Shown in pieces: positions 41,104 to 50,757 of a DNA stretch of 64,000 bases. Origin of the DNA: Trueperaceae bacterium. Lineage in GTDB: Bacteria; Deinococcota; Deinococci; Deinococcales; Trueperaceae. Under the pieces are notes generated by a model. It made no database searches and was not told the origin of the DNA. It saw only the letters and a program-made list of their open reading frames with translations. Each line of letters starts with the position of its first letter. The first letter of the stretch is position 1. The DNA is taken from positions 320,001-384,000 of the forward strand of contig JAXHNB010000001.1 of assembly GCA_034520945.1 (NCBI GenBank). The letters run 5' to 3'. A program made the position numbers and the translations under genes.

Positions 41104-41877
41104 GTCGAGGCGCTGCCGTCCGGCGCGCGCGCCACCAGCGTGTGCCGTTTGCCGCCCATCGGTCCGGGGCGCTTGCGAACCGTCGAGCCCGGCCGCGGCC
41201 AGCGCGCGTCGCACCTCGCCCGCCACCGTGTAGGTGACCAGGGCGCCGCCCGGCGCCAGCACCGACGCCAGGCGTGCCAGCACGCGCGGGTGCCACGCCT
41301 CGGGGTTGGCGGCGGGGCTGAAGGCGTCGTGGAAGATGGCGTGCGCCCAGCCCGGCGTCAGCAGCGCCTCCGCCGGGGGCGTGAAGGTACCTTCCTCGGC
41401 GAAGGCCTCGCCGAGCGCCACCTCGACCGTGATGTCGGGACCGAACGTCCCCTCGGCGATCCGCCACGGCCGCGGGGTGCGGGGCGCGTCCGCCAAGGCT
41501 GCGCGTGCGCCGATCCAGGCCGAGGCCAGCTCGGGGTGCGCCAGGTGCCGGCCGTATTCCAGCGCCGCCAGCACCTCGGGGGCGGGCGGACGGCGTTCCA
41601 GCGCCCGGTAGTGCAGGTCGGCGCCGTGCGTGGCGGCGGCGTCGGCGCACGCCAACAGGTTCAGGCCCGTGCCCAGGCCGATCTCCAGCACGCGCGTGTT
41701 TTGCCCCGCGGCCAGCCGCTCGGCGACGCCGCTGGCGGCGAGGAACACCTCGCGCGCCTCCTGCAGCGCGCCGTGGTGGGAGTGGTAGGTCTGGCCGGTG
41801 GCGGGGTCGAACAGGGTGCGACTGCCGTCGGCGGTCTCGACGATGCCCATGCGGGGCGGGGGCGGGTCGGTGCGCAT
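41079..41877 (-). pseudogene. mnmD: tRNA mnm5s2U34 methyltransferase MnmD (MnmC N-terminal-like), frameshifted near the 3' end
   Basis: TADGSRT, YHS.HGA..E...VF, LEIGLGTGLN, DAFSP..NPE.W and LVTY. The conserved tail VRKRPG..GKRH.L lies in the +1 frame after about 41184 and stops at 41079. Confidence 0.75.
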
Positions 41878-41912
41878 CACGGGAAGCCTAGCGTTCCGGT
41901 AGGCTCTGCACC

Positions 41913-42587
41913 ATGGGTCGGCTGTTCGAGATGATGGGCAATGCGCTGGCCGAGACCTGGCAGGCCGTGATCCCCTGGTTGGCGGGCCTGCCCGCCTGGG
42001 TGTGGGCGGTGGCGGTGACGGTGGTGCTGCTCGGGGTGGCGTTGCGGCTTCTCCTGCCGCGCACGGGGGTGTTCGGGGGCAGCCGGCCCGAGCTGTTTCT
42101 GTCCCGTGCCGAGTTGATGCCGGCCGAAGGGTCCGAGGGCGGATTCCAGTTGCTGGCCGCGTTCAGCAACCTGCACCACGAGCCGGTGCAGCTGTTGTGC
42201 ATCGCCGCGCGGGGCGGGGCCGGCGAGCTGTCGGTGGTGGACGCCACCGCCCTGGTGTCGCCGCGCCGCGCCGTGGAGCTGGAGGCCGAGCTGGCGTTGA
42301 GCGGCGGCGAGGGGGGCGTGCTGGAGTTGTACCTGTACGTCCCCGCCTCCAACGCGCGGGCGTGGCGGCTTCGTGTGCCGCTCGCCTGGGAGCCGTGGGC
42401 GCGCCGCTACAAGGCGGACACGCTGCGCCAGTCGCTGGCGCGGGTGTCGCACCTGCCCGAGCCCCCCACGCCGCCGCGCGACACGCCACCTGACACGCCA
42501 CCTGACACGCCGCCCGAGACGCCGCCCGAGACGTCGCCGGAGCCGGCGCCCGCCCGCGAAAAGCTGAACTTCCCCGACGACTTCTGA
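41913..42587 (+). CDS. Hypothetical membrane-anchored protein with a Pro-rich tail
   Basis: One TM segment; TAGGCT 7 nt before the ATG; (D/E)TPP repeats. Confidence 0.7.
   Translation: MGRLFEMMGNALAETWQAVIPWLAGLPAWVWAVAVTVVLLGVALRLLLPRTGVFGGSRPELFLSRAELMPAEGSEGGFQLLAAFSNLHHEPVQLLCIAARGGAGELSVVDATALVSPRRAVELEAELALSGGEGGVLELYLYVPASNARAWRLRVPLAWEPWARRYKADTLRQSLARVSHLPEPPTPPRDTPPDTPPDTPPETPPETSPEPAPAREKLNFPDDF
42480..42539 (+). repeat. Coding 12-bp tandem repeat x5 (DTPP/ETPP)
   Basis: GACACGCCACCT x2, GACACGCCGCCC, GAGACGCCGCCC, GAGACGTCGCCG. Confidence 0.8.
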
Positions 42588-42669
42588 GGATCCGGCCGGC
42601 CCGGCGTCGGCCGATCGGGTGCGTTCGTAGCCCGCACGTACGCGCCTGGCCCGGTAGCATCGAGGCGAT

Positions 42670-43599
42670 ATGGACGATGCATCGCGTTCCCATCCATCGC
42701 ACGTGGCGCCTTCAGCGGACCTGAGCGGCCGCGAGGCCCTGGTGACCGGCGCCAGCGGCGGGATCGGCTACCAGATGGCGCGGGGGTTGGCCCGTGCTGG
42801 CGCGCGCGTGTGGATGGCATCCCGGCCCGGCGGGCGCGGGGCGCGCGCAGCGGAGGCGATCCGGGCCGAGGTCGGTCGCGAGGATGCCGCCGTGTACGTG
42901 CCGGCGGACCTGAGCGTCCTGGCGGAGGTCCGCGACCTGGCCGAGCGGGTGGCCGCGGAGGTGCCGTGCTTGGACGTGCTGGTGAACAACGCGGGGCGGT
43001 TCGTTCAGCGGCGGACCCTCACCGCGGACGGGTTCGAGATGACCTGGGCGCTGAACCACTTGGCGCCGTTCCTGACCACCCACCTGCTGATGCGGTCGCT
43101 GCGGGCGGCGGAGGCGCCGCGGGTGATCACCACCAGTTCGAACGCCGAGCGTTCGGGTGGCGCGCTCGACCTGGACCGCGCCGCCAACGGGGTTCCGTAT
43201 AGCGCCTGGCGGGCGTACGGCTGGTCGAAGCAGGCCAACGTGCACTTCGCGCGCGAACTGGCGCGCCGCACCGAGGGCACGGGGCTGCGTAGCTACGCCT
43301 TCCATCCCGGCTTCGTACGGTCCGGCTTCGCCCGGGACGGCGGCGCGACGGGGTGGGTGGTGGCGTTGGCGCAACGCCTGTTCGGTCGCAGCGCGGAACG
43401 CGGGGCGGAGACCGGCCTGTGGTTGGCAGCGCTCGAGCCGGCCCCGGAGCCGAACGGCGGCTTTTTCGTGGACCACGCCGCGCGCACGCCGTCGCCTGCT
43501 GGCCGCGACGCGGAGATGGCGGCCGAGTTGTGGGCGCGGAGCGAGGCGTGGGTGGGGCTGCGCCCCGAGGAGCGGCTGCCTGCGCCCGATCGCCGGTGA
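42670..43599 (+). CDS. SDR family oxidoreductase (retinol dehydrogenase-like)
   Basis: VTGASGGIG, LDVLVNNAG, NHLAPFL, YGWSK and HPGFV. Confidence 0.9.
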   Translation: MDDASRSHPSHVAPSADLSGREALVTGASGGIGYQMARGLARAGARVWMASRPGGRGARAAEAIRAEVGREDAAVYVPADLSVLAEVRDLAERVAAEVPCLDVLVNNAGRFVQRRTLTADGFEMTWALNHLAPFLTTHLLMRSLRAAEAPRVITTSSNAERSGGALDLDRAANGVPYSAWRAYGWSKQANVHFARELARRTEGTGLRSYAFHPGFVRSGFARDGGATGWVVALAQRLFGRSAERGAETGLWLAALEPAPEPNGGFFVDHAARTPSPAGRDAEMAAELWARSEAWVGLRPEERLPAPDRR

Positions 43600-43654
43600 G
43601 GCGCAGGTACGTGTGCTCGCGACGCGCGGACGCGGACCTGGCTCGCGCCGACGC

Positions 43655-43849
43655 TCAGAAGGCGTCGGAGCGCGGCATGATCAGCCACAGCACCAGGTAC
43701 ACCAGCAGGCCGGTGCCGGCGCCGAGCAGGGCGACGATGAAGATCAGTCGGATGATGGTCGCGTCGATGTCGAAGTAGTGGCCGAGCCCGCCGCACACGC
43801 CGCCCAGCCACTTGTCTTGCGTCGCGCGTTCCAGTCGTTTGCGTTCCAT
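43655..43849 (-). CDS. pspC: PspC domain protein
   Basis: DKWLGGVCGGLGHYFDID.TIIR...YLVLWLIMP. Confidence 0.9.
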   Translation of the reverse strand: MERKRLERATQDKWLGGVCGGLGHYFDIDATIIRLIFIVALLGAGTGLLVYLVLWLIMPRSDAF

Positions 43850-43916
43850 GCCGCCACCATAGGCCAAGGCGGCGGCGGAAACCTCCACCCTTCGGTGGAA
43901 CGGCGGGCCGCGCGCG

Positions 43917-44258
43917 TCAGGGGTCGCCGGGCCCCTCGCGATCCTCGTCCCCCAGCCGCGCCCGGCAGTGGACGCAATGGTCCTGGTCGGGGACCCGGTG
44001 CCCGCAGGTCGGGCAGACCGTCTGCCTGCGAAGCGAGGCGCGCGCGCCTCGCTCGGTCAGCTCGTTCGCGATCAGCACGGCGTCCTCTTCGCTGACGTCG
44101 CGGATGGTGAGCTCGACGTCGCCGGCTTCGGCGTGCACCAGGTAGGCGCCCGAGCGGTAGGGCTGGGGGCCCTCGCCGGCGTTGCCGCGCGTCACGGCCT
44201 CGCGTACCTCGCGGAAGTAGGCCCACAGCGGGCCGGAGCGGATGGGATCGTCGGGCAC
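43917..44258 (-). CDS. Hypothetical protein with a C-terminal zinc ribbon
   Basis: CPTC-x9-CVHC; TAGCAT 6 nt before the GTG. Confidence 0.7.
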   Translation of the reverse strand: MPDDPIRSGPLWAYFREVREAVTRGNAGEGPQPYRSGAYLVHAEAGDVELTIRDVSEEDAVLIANELTERGARASLRRQTVCPTCGHRVPDQDHCVHCRARLGDEDREGPGDP

Positions 44259-44446
44259 GAGGTCATGCTAGCGCGTCGTGGGCCTGGGGACGGTCGTCCT
44301 GGGCGCGGGGACGGTCATTCGCGGTGCCGGGACATTCGTCCTTGGCGCCGAGCGCCGCAGCGCCCGATAGTACGACCCGAACATACGAGTTTCGTCCGGG
44401 TGCGCCCGGCGTCCTGGGCCCCGCATCCCCGAAAGGAAGGTGCGAG

Positions 44447-46078
44447 ATGCGTGATCGTTGGTTCTACGTCGTTCCCCTGATGCTGGCCTGGTTGCTGTCG
44501 TTCGGTTCCGCCGTGGCGCAGGGCGAGGAGCAGACCGCCCTGAGCGAGGAGGAGCGGGCCGAGATCGCCGAGATCTACTTCGATCGCTGCGCTGGGTGTC
44601 ACGGCGTGCTGCGCAAGGGCGCCACCGGCCCGTCCTTGGAGCCAGAAAACACCCGCCAGCGCGGGATTCCCTACCTGGAGGCCGTCATCTTCGGCGGGCT
44701 GCCCGGCGGGATGCCGGACTGGGGCCGGCAGGGGGTGCTGAGCGAGGATGAGATCTCGCAGATGGCGCGCTTCCTCACCGAGGCGCCGCCCGAGCCGCCC
44801 CAGCAGTCGCTGGAGGGCATTCTGGAGACCTGGACGGTGCACGTCCCGCCCGAGGAGCGCCCCACCGAGCCGCAGCACGACCTGGATTGGGAGAACTTCT
44901 TCGGCGTGATCCTTCGCGACATGGGGCAGGTCGCCATCGTCGACGGCGCCACCCGCGAGCTGGTGCAGCTGGTCGACACCGGCTACGCGATCCACATCCT
45001 GCGCGCCAGCAAGGATGGCCGCTACTTCACCGCGATCGGGCGGGACGGCAAGGCGTCGCTGATCGACCTGTGGTCGTCGCCGCCGGCGGTGGTGGCCGAG
45101 GTCAAGCCCTGCTTCGACGCCCGCAGCATCGAGTCCAGCAAGTACGAGGGATACGAGAACGAGTACGCCATCGTGGGCTGCTACTGGCCGCCGATGTTCG
45201 CGGTGCTCGACGGCCTCACCCTGGAGCCGCTCAAGCTGGTGTCGACCATGGGCTACGAGCGCGGCGCCGGAGACTTCGTCGAGGAGGCGCGCGTCGCCGC
45301 CATCGTCGCGTCCGAGGAGCACCCCGAGTGGGTCGTCAACGTCAAGGAGACCGGCCAGACCTGGCTGGTCGACTACAGCACCCTGGATCAGAACGGCCGT
45401 CCGATGGCGGTCACCATGATCGACACCGAGCTGTACCTGCACGACGGCGGCTGGGCCCGCGACCGCTACTTCATCGTCGCCGCCAACGCGATGGACAAGC
45501 TGATCGTGATCGACACCCGCGAGCGCGAGGTCACCGCCGAGATCGAGGCGGGCGTCACACCGCACCCTGGCCGGGGCGCCAACTGGGATCACCCCGAGCT
45601 GGGCCCGTTGTGGGCGACGGGGAACATGGGCAGTCCCGAGATGACGGTGATCGGCGCCGACCCCGAGGGGCACCCCGAGAACGCCTGGGAGGTGCAGGCG
45701 TCGGTGGAGCTGCCGTTCACCGGCACGCTGTTCAACAAGACGCACGAGAACAGCCCCTGGATCATCGTCGACTTCACCATGAGCATGAACCCCGAGGGCG
45801 CGGCGACGCTGTGCGCTATCGGCAAGGAATCGCTGGAGGCCGAGCGCTGCTGGGAGGTTCCCGGCGCGCAGGACATCGGGGCCCGCATGGTGCACATCGA
45901 GTTCGACCGGGGCGGCCAGGCGTTCTGGGTCTCGGCCTGGGCCGATATGGAGACCCCGAGCTTCATCGCCGTCTACGACGCCGAGACGCTGGAGGAGATC
46001 GATCGGATCGAGGGCGACTGGGTGCGCACCCCGACCGGCAAGTTCAACGTGTTCAACACGGCGCACGACGTGTACTGA
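44447..46078 (+). CDS. nirS: Cytochrome cd1 nitrite reductase
   Basis: Signal peptide, YFDRCAGCHGVLRKGATG (heme c), d1 domain with TGYAIHI, catalytic LHDGGW and PHPGRG, and TPTGKFNV.NT. Confidence 0.93.
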   Translation: MRDRWFYVVPLMLAWLLSFGSAVAQGEEQTALSEEERAEIAEIYFDRCAGCHGVLRKGATGPSLEPENTRQRGIPYLEAVIFGGLPGGMPDWGRQGVLSEDEISQMARFLTEAPPEPPQQSLEGILETWTVHVPPEERPTEPQHDLDWENFFGVILRDMGQVAIVDGATRELVQLVDTGYAIHILRASKDGRYFTAIGRDGKASLIDLWSSPPAVVAEVKPCFDARSIESSKYEGYENEYAIVGCYWPPMFAVLDGLTLEPLKLVSTMGYERGAGDFVEEARVAAIVASEEHPEWVVNVKETGQTWLVDYSTLDQNGRPMAVTMIDTELYLHDGGWARDRYFIVAANAMDKLIVIDTREREVTAEIEAGVTPHPGRGANWDHPELGPLWATGNMGSPEMTVIGADPEGHPENAWEVQASVELPFTGTLFNKTHENSPWIIVDFTMSMNPEGAATLCAIGKESLEAERCWEVPGAQDIGARMVHIEFDRGGQAFWVSAWADMETPSFIAVYDAETLEEIDRIEGDWVRTPTGKFNVFNTAHDVY

Positions 46079-46137
46079 CGCGCGCCGCGTCGTGCGCGCG
46101 CCGGCCGGGCCCCTGCCCGGCCGGCTATCCTCGCCCC

Positions 46138-47103
46138 ATGGATCATCCCCACCCGCCCGAACCGGAGGACGCCCACCCGCCGGCCCGCCGCATCGACGCG
46201 CTGATCGGCGACACGCCCGTGGTGAAGCTACGCTCCGTGGTCGAGGAGGACATGGCGGAGGTGTGGCTCAAGCTGGAAGGGTTCAACCCCGCCGGCAGCA
46301 TCAAGGACCGCACCGCGTTGGGCATGATCCTCGACGCCGAGGAGCGCGGCGTGCTCACGCCCGGCAGCGGCCAACGGATCGTGGAGCCCACCAGCGGGAA
46401 CACCGGCATCGGACTGGCGTTCCTGTCGGCGGTGCGGGGGTACACCTGCACGATCGTGCTGCCGGACAACATGAGCTCCGAGCGGGTGCGGACGCTGCGC
46501 GCCTACGGCGCCGAGCTGGTGTTCACGCCGGGCGAGCAGCGCATGCAGGGCGCCATCCCGCGCGCCGAAGAGCTGGTGGAGGAGACCGGCGCCTGGATGC
46601 CGAACCAGTTCGAGAACCCCGCCAACCGCGCCTACCACCACCGCGTCACCGGCCCCGAGGCGTGGGCGCAGATGCAGGGGCGGATCGACGCCTTCGTATG
46701 GGCCAGCGGCACGGGCGGCTCGATCAGCGGCATCGGCCGCTACCTGAAGGAGCAGAACCCAATGGTGCGCGTGGTGGCGGTCGAGCCGGCCCGCAGCGCC
46801 GTGATTCACGGCCGGGAGCGCGGCGCGCACGCGTTTCAGGGCATGGGGCCGGGCTTCATCCCCGGCAACCTGGACCTGGGCCTGCTGGACGACTGCAAGG
46901 ACGTCTACGAGGAGGACGCCTTCCCGCTGGCGCGGCGCCTGATGCGGGAGGAGGGGATCGCGATCGGCATGTCGTCGGGCGCCACGGTGCACGCCGCGCT
47001 CGAGGTCGCCCGCGAGCAGGGCCCCGGCAAGGTCGTGCTGGCCCTGGCCGCCGACGCCGCCGACCGCTACCTCAGCACCGAACTGTTCGAGGACCTGGGC
47101 TGA
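46138..47103 (+). CDS. cysK: Cysteine synthase A
   Basis: IGDTP, KLEGFNPAGSIKDR, EPTSGNTGIG, NQFENP and GTGG. Confidence 0.92.
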   Translation: MDHPHPPEPEDAHPPARRIDALIGDTPVVKLRSVVEEDMAEVWLKLEGFNPAGSIKDRTALGMILDAEERGVLTPGSGQRIVEPTSGNTGIGLAFLSAVRGYTCTIVLPDNMSSERVRTLRAYGAELVFTPGEQRMQGAIPRAEELVEETGAWMPNQFENPANRAYHHRVTGPEAWAQMQGRIDAFVWASGTGGSISGIGRYLKEQNPMVRVVAVEPARSAVIHGRERGAHAFQGMGPGFIPGNLDLGLLDDCKDVYEEDAFPLARRLMREEGIAIGMSSGATVHAALEVAREQGPGKVVLALAADAADRYLSTELFEDLG

Positions 47104-47193
47104 CGGCGGCGGCCGCGCCGGTGTGGCCGGTCCTGGGGGCGCGCCTCCCCCGCACGGGGTTGACGCCGCCCAGCGGCGTGCGGCGCCTGGGGA

Positions 47194-48018
47194 TCAGCTG
47201 CCGGCCAGGGTCGTGCCCAGGTCCAGCAGGCCCAACAGGCGGGCGTGCAGGCTGCCGTTGCTGGCCACCAGCGCGGCCGCGTCCAACTGGTAGGGGGCGC
47301 CATCGGGGCCGGTGACGGTACCGCCCGCCTCGCGGATCAGCAGCACGCCGGCGGCGACGTCCCACGCGTTCAGCTTCAGTTCCCAGAAACCGTCGAGGCG
47401 GCCCGCCGCGACGTAGCACAGGTCCAGCGCCGCGGCGCCGGGCCGGCGGACCGCCCGCACGTGCGGCAGCGCCCGGGCGAACACCTCGAGGTTCTGGTGC
47501 TGGGTCTCCTCGACGTAGGCGAACCCCGTGGCCAGCATGGCGTTCAGTAGGGTCGGCTCGGTTGTGACGGCCAGCGGCCGGCCGTTCAGGGTCGCACCCC
47601 GGCCGCGGACGGCCTGGAACAGCTCGTCGCGGACCGGGTCCAGCACCACGCCGATCTCGACGCGGCCGTCGACCTCCAGCGCCACCGACACGCAGAAGAA
47701 TGGAAAGCCGTGCGCGTAGTTCAGGGTGCCGTCCAGCGGGTCGACGATCCAGCGGCAGCGGGCATTGCCCTCCTGCCCCTGCTCCTCGCCCAGCACCACG
47801 TGGTCTGGGAACGCCGCCGCGATTACCTCGCGGATGCGGGCCTCGCAGGCGCGGTCCACCTGGGTGACGAGGTCGGTGGCGCTGGACTTGGTGTCGATCT
47901 CCAGCGCCCCGCCCATGTGGGTGCGTTGGATCCGGCCGGCCTCGTCGGCGGCGCGGATCGCCACGCGGAGGGCGTGGTCCAGGTCGACGGGGCCGGGGGC
48001 GGAGGAGGCGTGGGTCAT
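47194..48018 (-). CDS. suhB: Inositol monophosphatase family protein
   Basis: DLVT..D, GEE, WIVDPLDGT.N and WDVAAG. Confidence 0.9.
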   Translation of the reverse strand: MTHASSAPGPVDLDHALRVAIRAADEAGRIQRTHMGGALEIDTKSSATDLVTQVDRACEARIREVIAAAFPDHVVLGEEQGQEGNARCRWIVDPLDGTLNYAHGFPFFCVSVALEVDGRVEIGVVLDPVRDELFQAVRGRGATLNGRPLAVTTEPTLLNAMLATGFAYVEETQHQNLEVFARALPHVRAVRRPGAAALDLCYVAAGRLDGFWELKLNAWDVAAGVLLIREAGGTVTGPDGAPYQLDAAALVASNGSLHARLLGLLDLGTTLAGS

Positions 48019-48112
48019 GCCGCGATGATACCGGCACCGACCCTCCGCGGGCAGGCGGGCGGGCGCAGGGCCGCGCGCACGGTCGTTCGCGCGGCCGGCG
48101 TGGGCCCCGGCG

Positions 48113-49552
48113 TCAGTGGCCGACCGGCGCCGGTTCGTCCAGCTCGAACGCCTCCTCGCGCCGCCGTGCCTGCTCCACGGTGCGTTCCGAGGCGCGTGCG
48201 GGCGTGTCGGCGGCCACCACCGCGCCGGTCCGGCCGGTGATTTCGGCGGGCGAGGGGACCATCTCGCCGATGAGGCGGGCGTGACGGTCGAAGGTGAGGT
48301 ACTCGTACGCCCAGCTGGTGAACGCCCCGATGCGGTTCTTGTGGCCGGGCAGAAAGGCCAGGTGCAGGAACAGCCACGCCAGCCAACCGGCGAAGCCGCG
48401 CACCTTCAGGCCGCCCAGTCGCGGGGAGAGCTCGGCCACACCGGCGTTGCGGCCGATGATGGCCATGATGCCCTTGTTGGCGTAGGTGAACGGCGCCGTG
48501 GCGCGGCCCTCCAGGCGGGCGCGGATCTGGCGGGCAAGGTGCTGGCCGTGCTGGATCGCCACCGGCGCCAGTTGCGGGTGCAGCCGACCTTCCCGGTCTT
48601 GCGAGGCGGCCACGTCGCCGGCGGCCCACACGTCGGGACGGCCGGGCAGGGCGAGGTCGTCCTCCACCACCAGGCGGCCGCCACGGGTGGTTTCGGCGCC
48701 CACGGCCTCGACCAGCGGGTGGGCGCGCACCCCGGCCGCCCACAGCAGCGTGCGGCTGGGCAGGAACGATCCGTCCGCCAGCACCGCGCCGTCCCCGCGG
48801 AGCTCGCGCACGGCGGTGCCGAGGCGAACATCGACGCCGCGGCGTTCGAGGGCCCACAGGGCGTGCCGCTGCGATCCGGCGGAGAACGGCGGCAGCACCG
48901 CGTCCGTCATCTCGAGCAGCACGATGCGCGCCCGGGAAAGGTCGAGTTCGGGGTAGTCGCCGGGCAGGACCCGCTGGAACAGCTCGGCCAACGCGCCGGC
49001 CATCTCGACCCCGGTCGGGCCCGCACCTGTGATCACGAAGGTGAGCATGCCCTCCTCCACGGTGCTCGGGTCCTGCGCGGCGGTCTCGAAGCAGCGCAGG
49101 ACGTGGCTGCGGAGGTTGACCGCCTCGGTGAGGCTCTTGAGGAAGAAGGCGTGCCGGCGCACGCCGGGCGTGCCGAAGTCCTCGTAGATGGCGCCGGGGG
49201 CGATGACCAGCTGGTCGTAGCCGATGCGGGCTCCGTCCACCAGCACCACCTCCTTGGCGTCCCCATCGATGTCGGTGACGGTGCCCTGCCGGAAGCGGGC
49301 GTTGGCTTGGCGGCGCAGCACCGCGCGGACCTGGTGGGCGACGTCGCCCGCTTCGAGCTGAGCGGTGGCCACCTGGTACAGCAGCGGCTGGAAGGTGTGG
49401 TGGTTGTGCTGGTCGAGAAGCAGGACCTCGACCGGCGCGCGCTTCAGGCCTTTGACGACCTCGAGGCCCGCGAAGCCGGCGCCGATCACGACCACGCGGG
49501 GGCGCGCCTGGGGGCCGGCGACGGCGGGTGCAGGTGCGGGAATGTGGCTCAT
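48113..49552 (-). CDS. ndh: Type II NADH dehydrogenase-like FAD-dependent oxidoreductase
   Basis: IGAGFAG, FQPLLYQVAT, GAGPTGVEMAG, WAAGV, AGD and KG.MA.IGR. Confidence 0.9.
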   Translation of the reverse strand: MSHIPAPAPAVAGPQARPRVVVIGAGFAGLEVVKGLKRAPVEVLLLDQHNHHTFQPLLYQVATAQLEAGDVAHQVRAVLRRQANARFRQGTVTDIDGDAKEVVLVDGARIGYDQLVIAPGAIYEDFGTPGVRRHAFFLKSLTEAVNLRSHVLRCFETAAQDPSTVEEGMLTFVITGAGPTGVEMAGALAELFQRVLPGDYPELDLSRARIVLLEMTDAVLPPFSAGSQRHALWALERRGVDVRLGTAVRELRGDGAVLADGSFLPSRTLLWAAGVRAHPLVEAVGAETTRGGRLVVEDDLALPGRPDVWAAGDVAASQDREGRLHPQLAPVAIQHGQHLARQIRARLEGRATAPFTYANKGIMAIIGRNAGVAELSPRLGGLKVRGFAGWLAWLFLHLAFLPGHKNRIGAFTSWAYEYLTFDRHARLIGEMVPSPAEITGRTGAVVAADTPARASERTVEQARRREEAFELDEPAPVGH

Positions 49553-49710
49553 GGGTCCGTCCTTCGGGCCGGGAGGCGAGGGTCGCGGCGGGGCCCGGGG
49601 TCGGCGCGACCGGGACGAATGTCCCTCGTGAAAAAATGTACGTGAAATCGCTGGTGCGATCAAGCGCTTCGGATACCGTTGCCTCTCCACCCTCGTACGA
49701 AGGCGGCGCC

Positions 49711-49881
49711 TTCGCACGAGGGTACGGACATGCCGACCTCGAGGCCGGGCTCCCCGTCGGCCCCGACACCACGCTGTTCCGTATCGGCGCGGTCACCAAG
49801 ACGTTCAGCTGCACCGCCCGCATGATGCTGATCCCCGAGCACGACCTGGGCGTGTTCGGGGCCTACGACGCCGCCGGCGGA
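49711..49881 (+). pseudogene. Remnant of a serine hydrolase (beta-lactamase/AmpC family) gene with a large internal deletion
   Basis: FARGYGHADLE...PV.PDTTLFRIGAVTKTF (SxxK region) is joined directly to the C-terminal-type motif LIPEHDLGVF.AY. Confidence 0.7.
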
Positions 49882-49908
49882 GCAGCCGCCGCCGCGGGGC
49901 CGGTCCGT

Positions 49909-50757
49909 TCAGCCGCGCTCGGCCATCTGAAGCGCGATGCGGCGGCCGGTGGGGGTGTCGGCCACGCCGCCCTCGCCGGTCTCGCGCAGCTCGGGCGGCA
50001 GCATGCGGCCGACCGACGCCATCGCCTGCACCACCTCGTCGGCCGGGATGAACGATTCCACTCCGGCCAGCGCCAGCTGCGCCGCCGACACGGCGTGCAC
50101 GCTGTAGAAGGCGTTGCGCGACACGCACGGCACCTCCACGTACCCTCCGACCGGGTCGCACACCAGGCCGATGGTGTTCATCAGGGCCATCGCCGAGGCG
50201 TGCACGCAGGCGGGGGCGTCGCCGCCGCGCAGCTCGGTGATGGCGGCCGCCGCCATCGAGGCGGACGGGCCGATCTCGGCGCCGCAGCCGCCCGAGGCGC
50301 CGGCGATGAACATGGTGCGCGAGATGATCTGGCCCACGCCCGCCGCCGTTACCAGGGGCAGCACCAGCGCCTCGTCCTCCAGGCCGAGGTGGTCGGCGAC
50401 GCCCAGCAGCGCGCCCGGCAGGGTGCCGGCGCTGCCGGCGGTGGGGGCGGCGACGATGCGGCCCATGCGGGCGTTCTCCTCGTTGACGGCCATGGCGTAG
50501 GCCTGCACCCGCTTCATGAGCGGTGCGTCCAGCGGGTCCTCGCTCTCGTACAGGCGCTTGGCGTTCCAACCGACCATGCCGCTGCGGCTCTTCGCCTCGC
50601 TGGCCAGGCCGCGCTCGACGCTGTCCCGCATGGCGGCCAGCCGCGCCCGCATCTTGTCCAGCAACGCCGCGCGGGCCGCCTCGTCGTCGCCCACCTCTTG
50701 GGTCAGGAACCAGGTGGAGGCGGCGCCCTGGACGGCCTGCAGCTCGGCGAAGGTCAC
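49909..50757 (-). CDS. sdaAA: L-serine dehydratase, Fe-S-dependent, alpha subunit
   Basis: [38 protein letters not shown] and RETG.GG.A.T. Confidence 0.93.
   Translation of the reverse strand: MTFAELQAVQGAASTWFLTQEVGDDEAARAALLDKMRARLAAMRDSVERGLASEAKSRSGMVGWNAKRLYESEDPLDAPLMKRVQAYAMAVNEENARMGRIVAAPTAGSAGTLPGALLGVADHLGLEDEALVLPLVTAAGVGQIISRTMFIAGASGGCGAEIGPSASMAAAAITELRGGDAPACVHASAMALMNTIGLVCDPVGGYVEVPCVSRNAFYSVHAVSAAQLALAGVESFIPADEVVQAMASVGRMLPPELRETGEGGVADTPTGRRIALQMAERG

Noticed and set aside
49626..49643. Rex operator upstream of ndh (TCGTGAAAAAATGTACGT); a similar half-match at about 26205-26222
   Set aside because: Only one half-site resembles TTGTGAA-N4-TTCACAA in each case, which is too weak to call.
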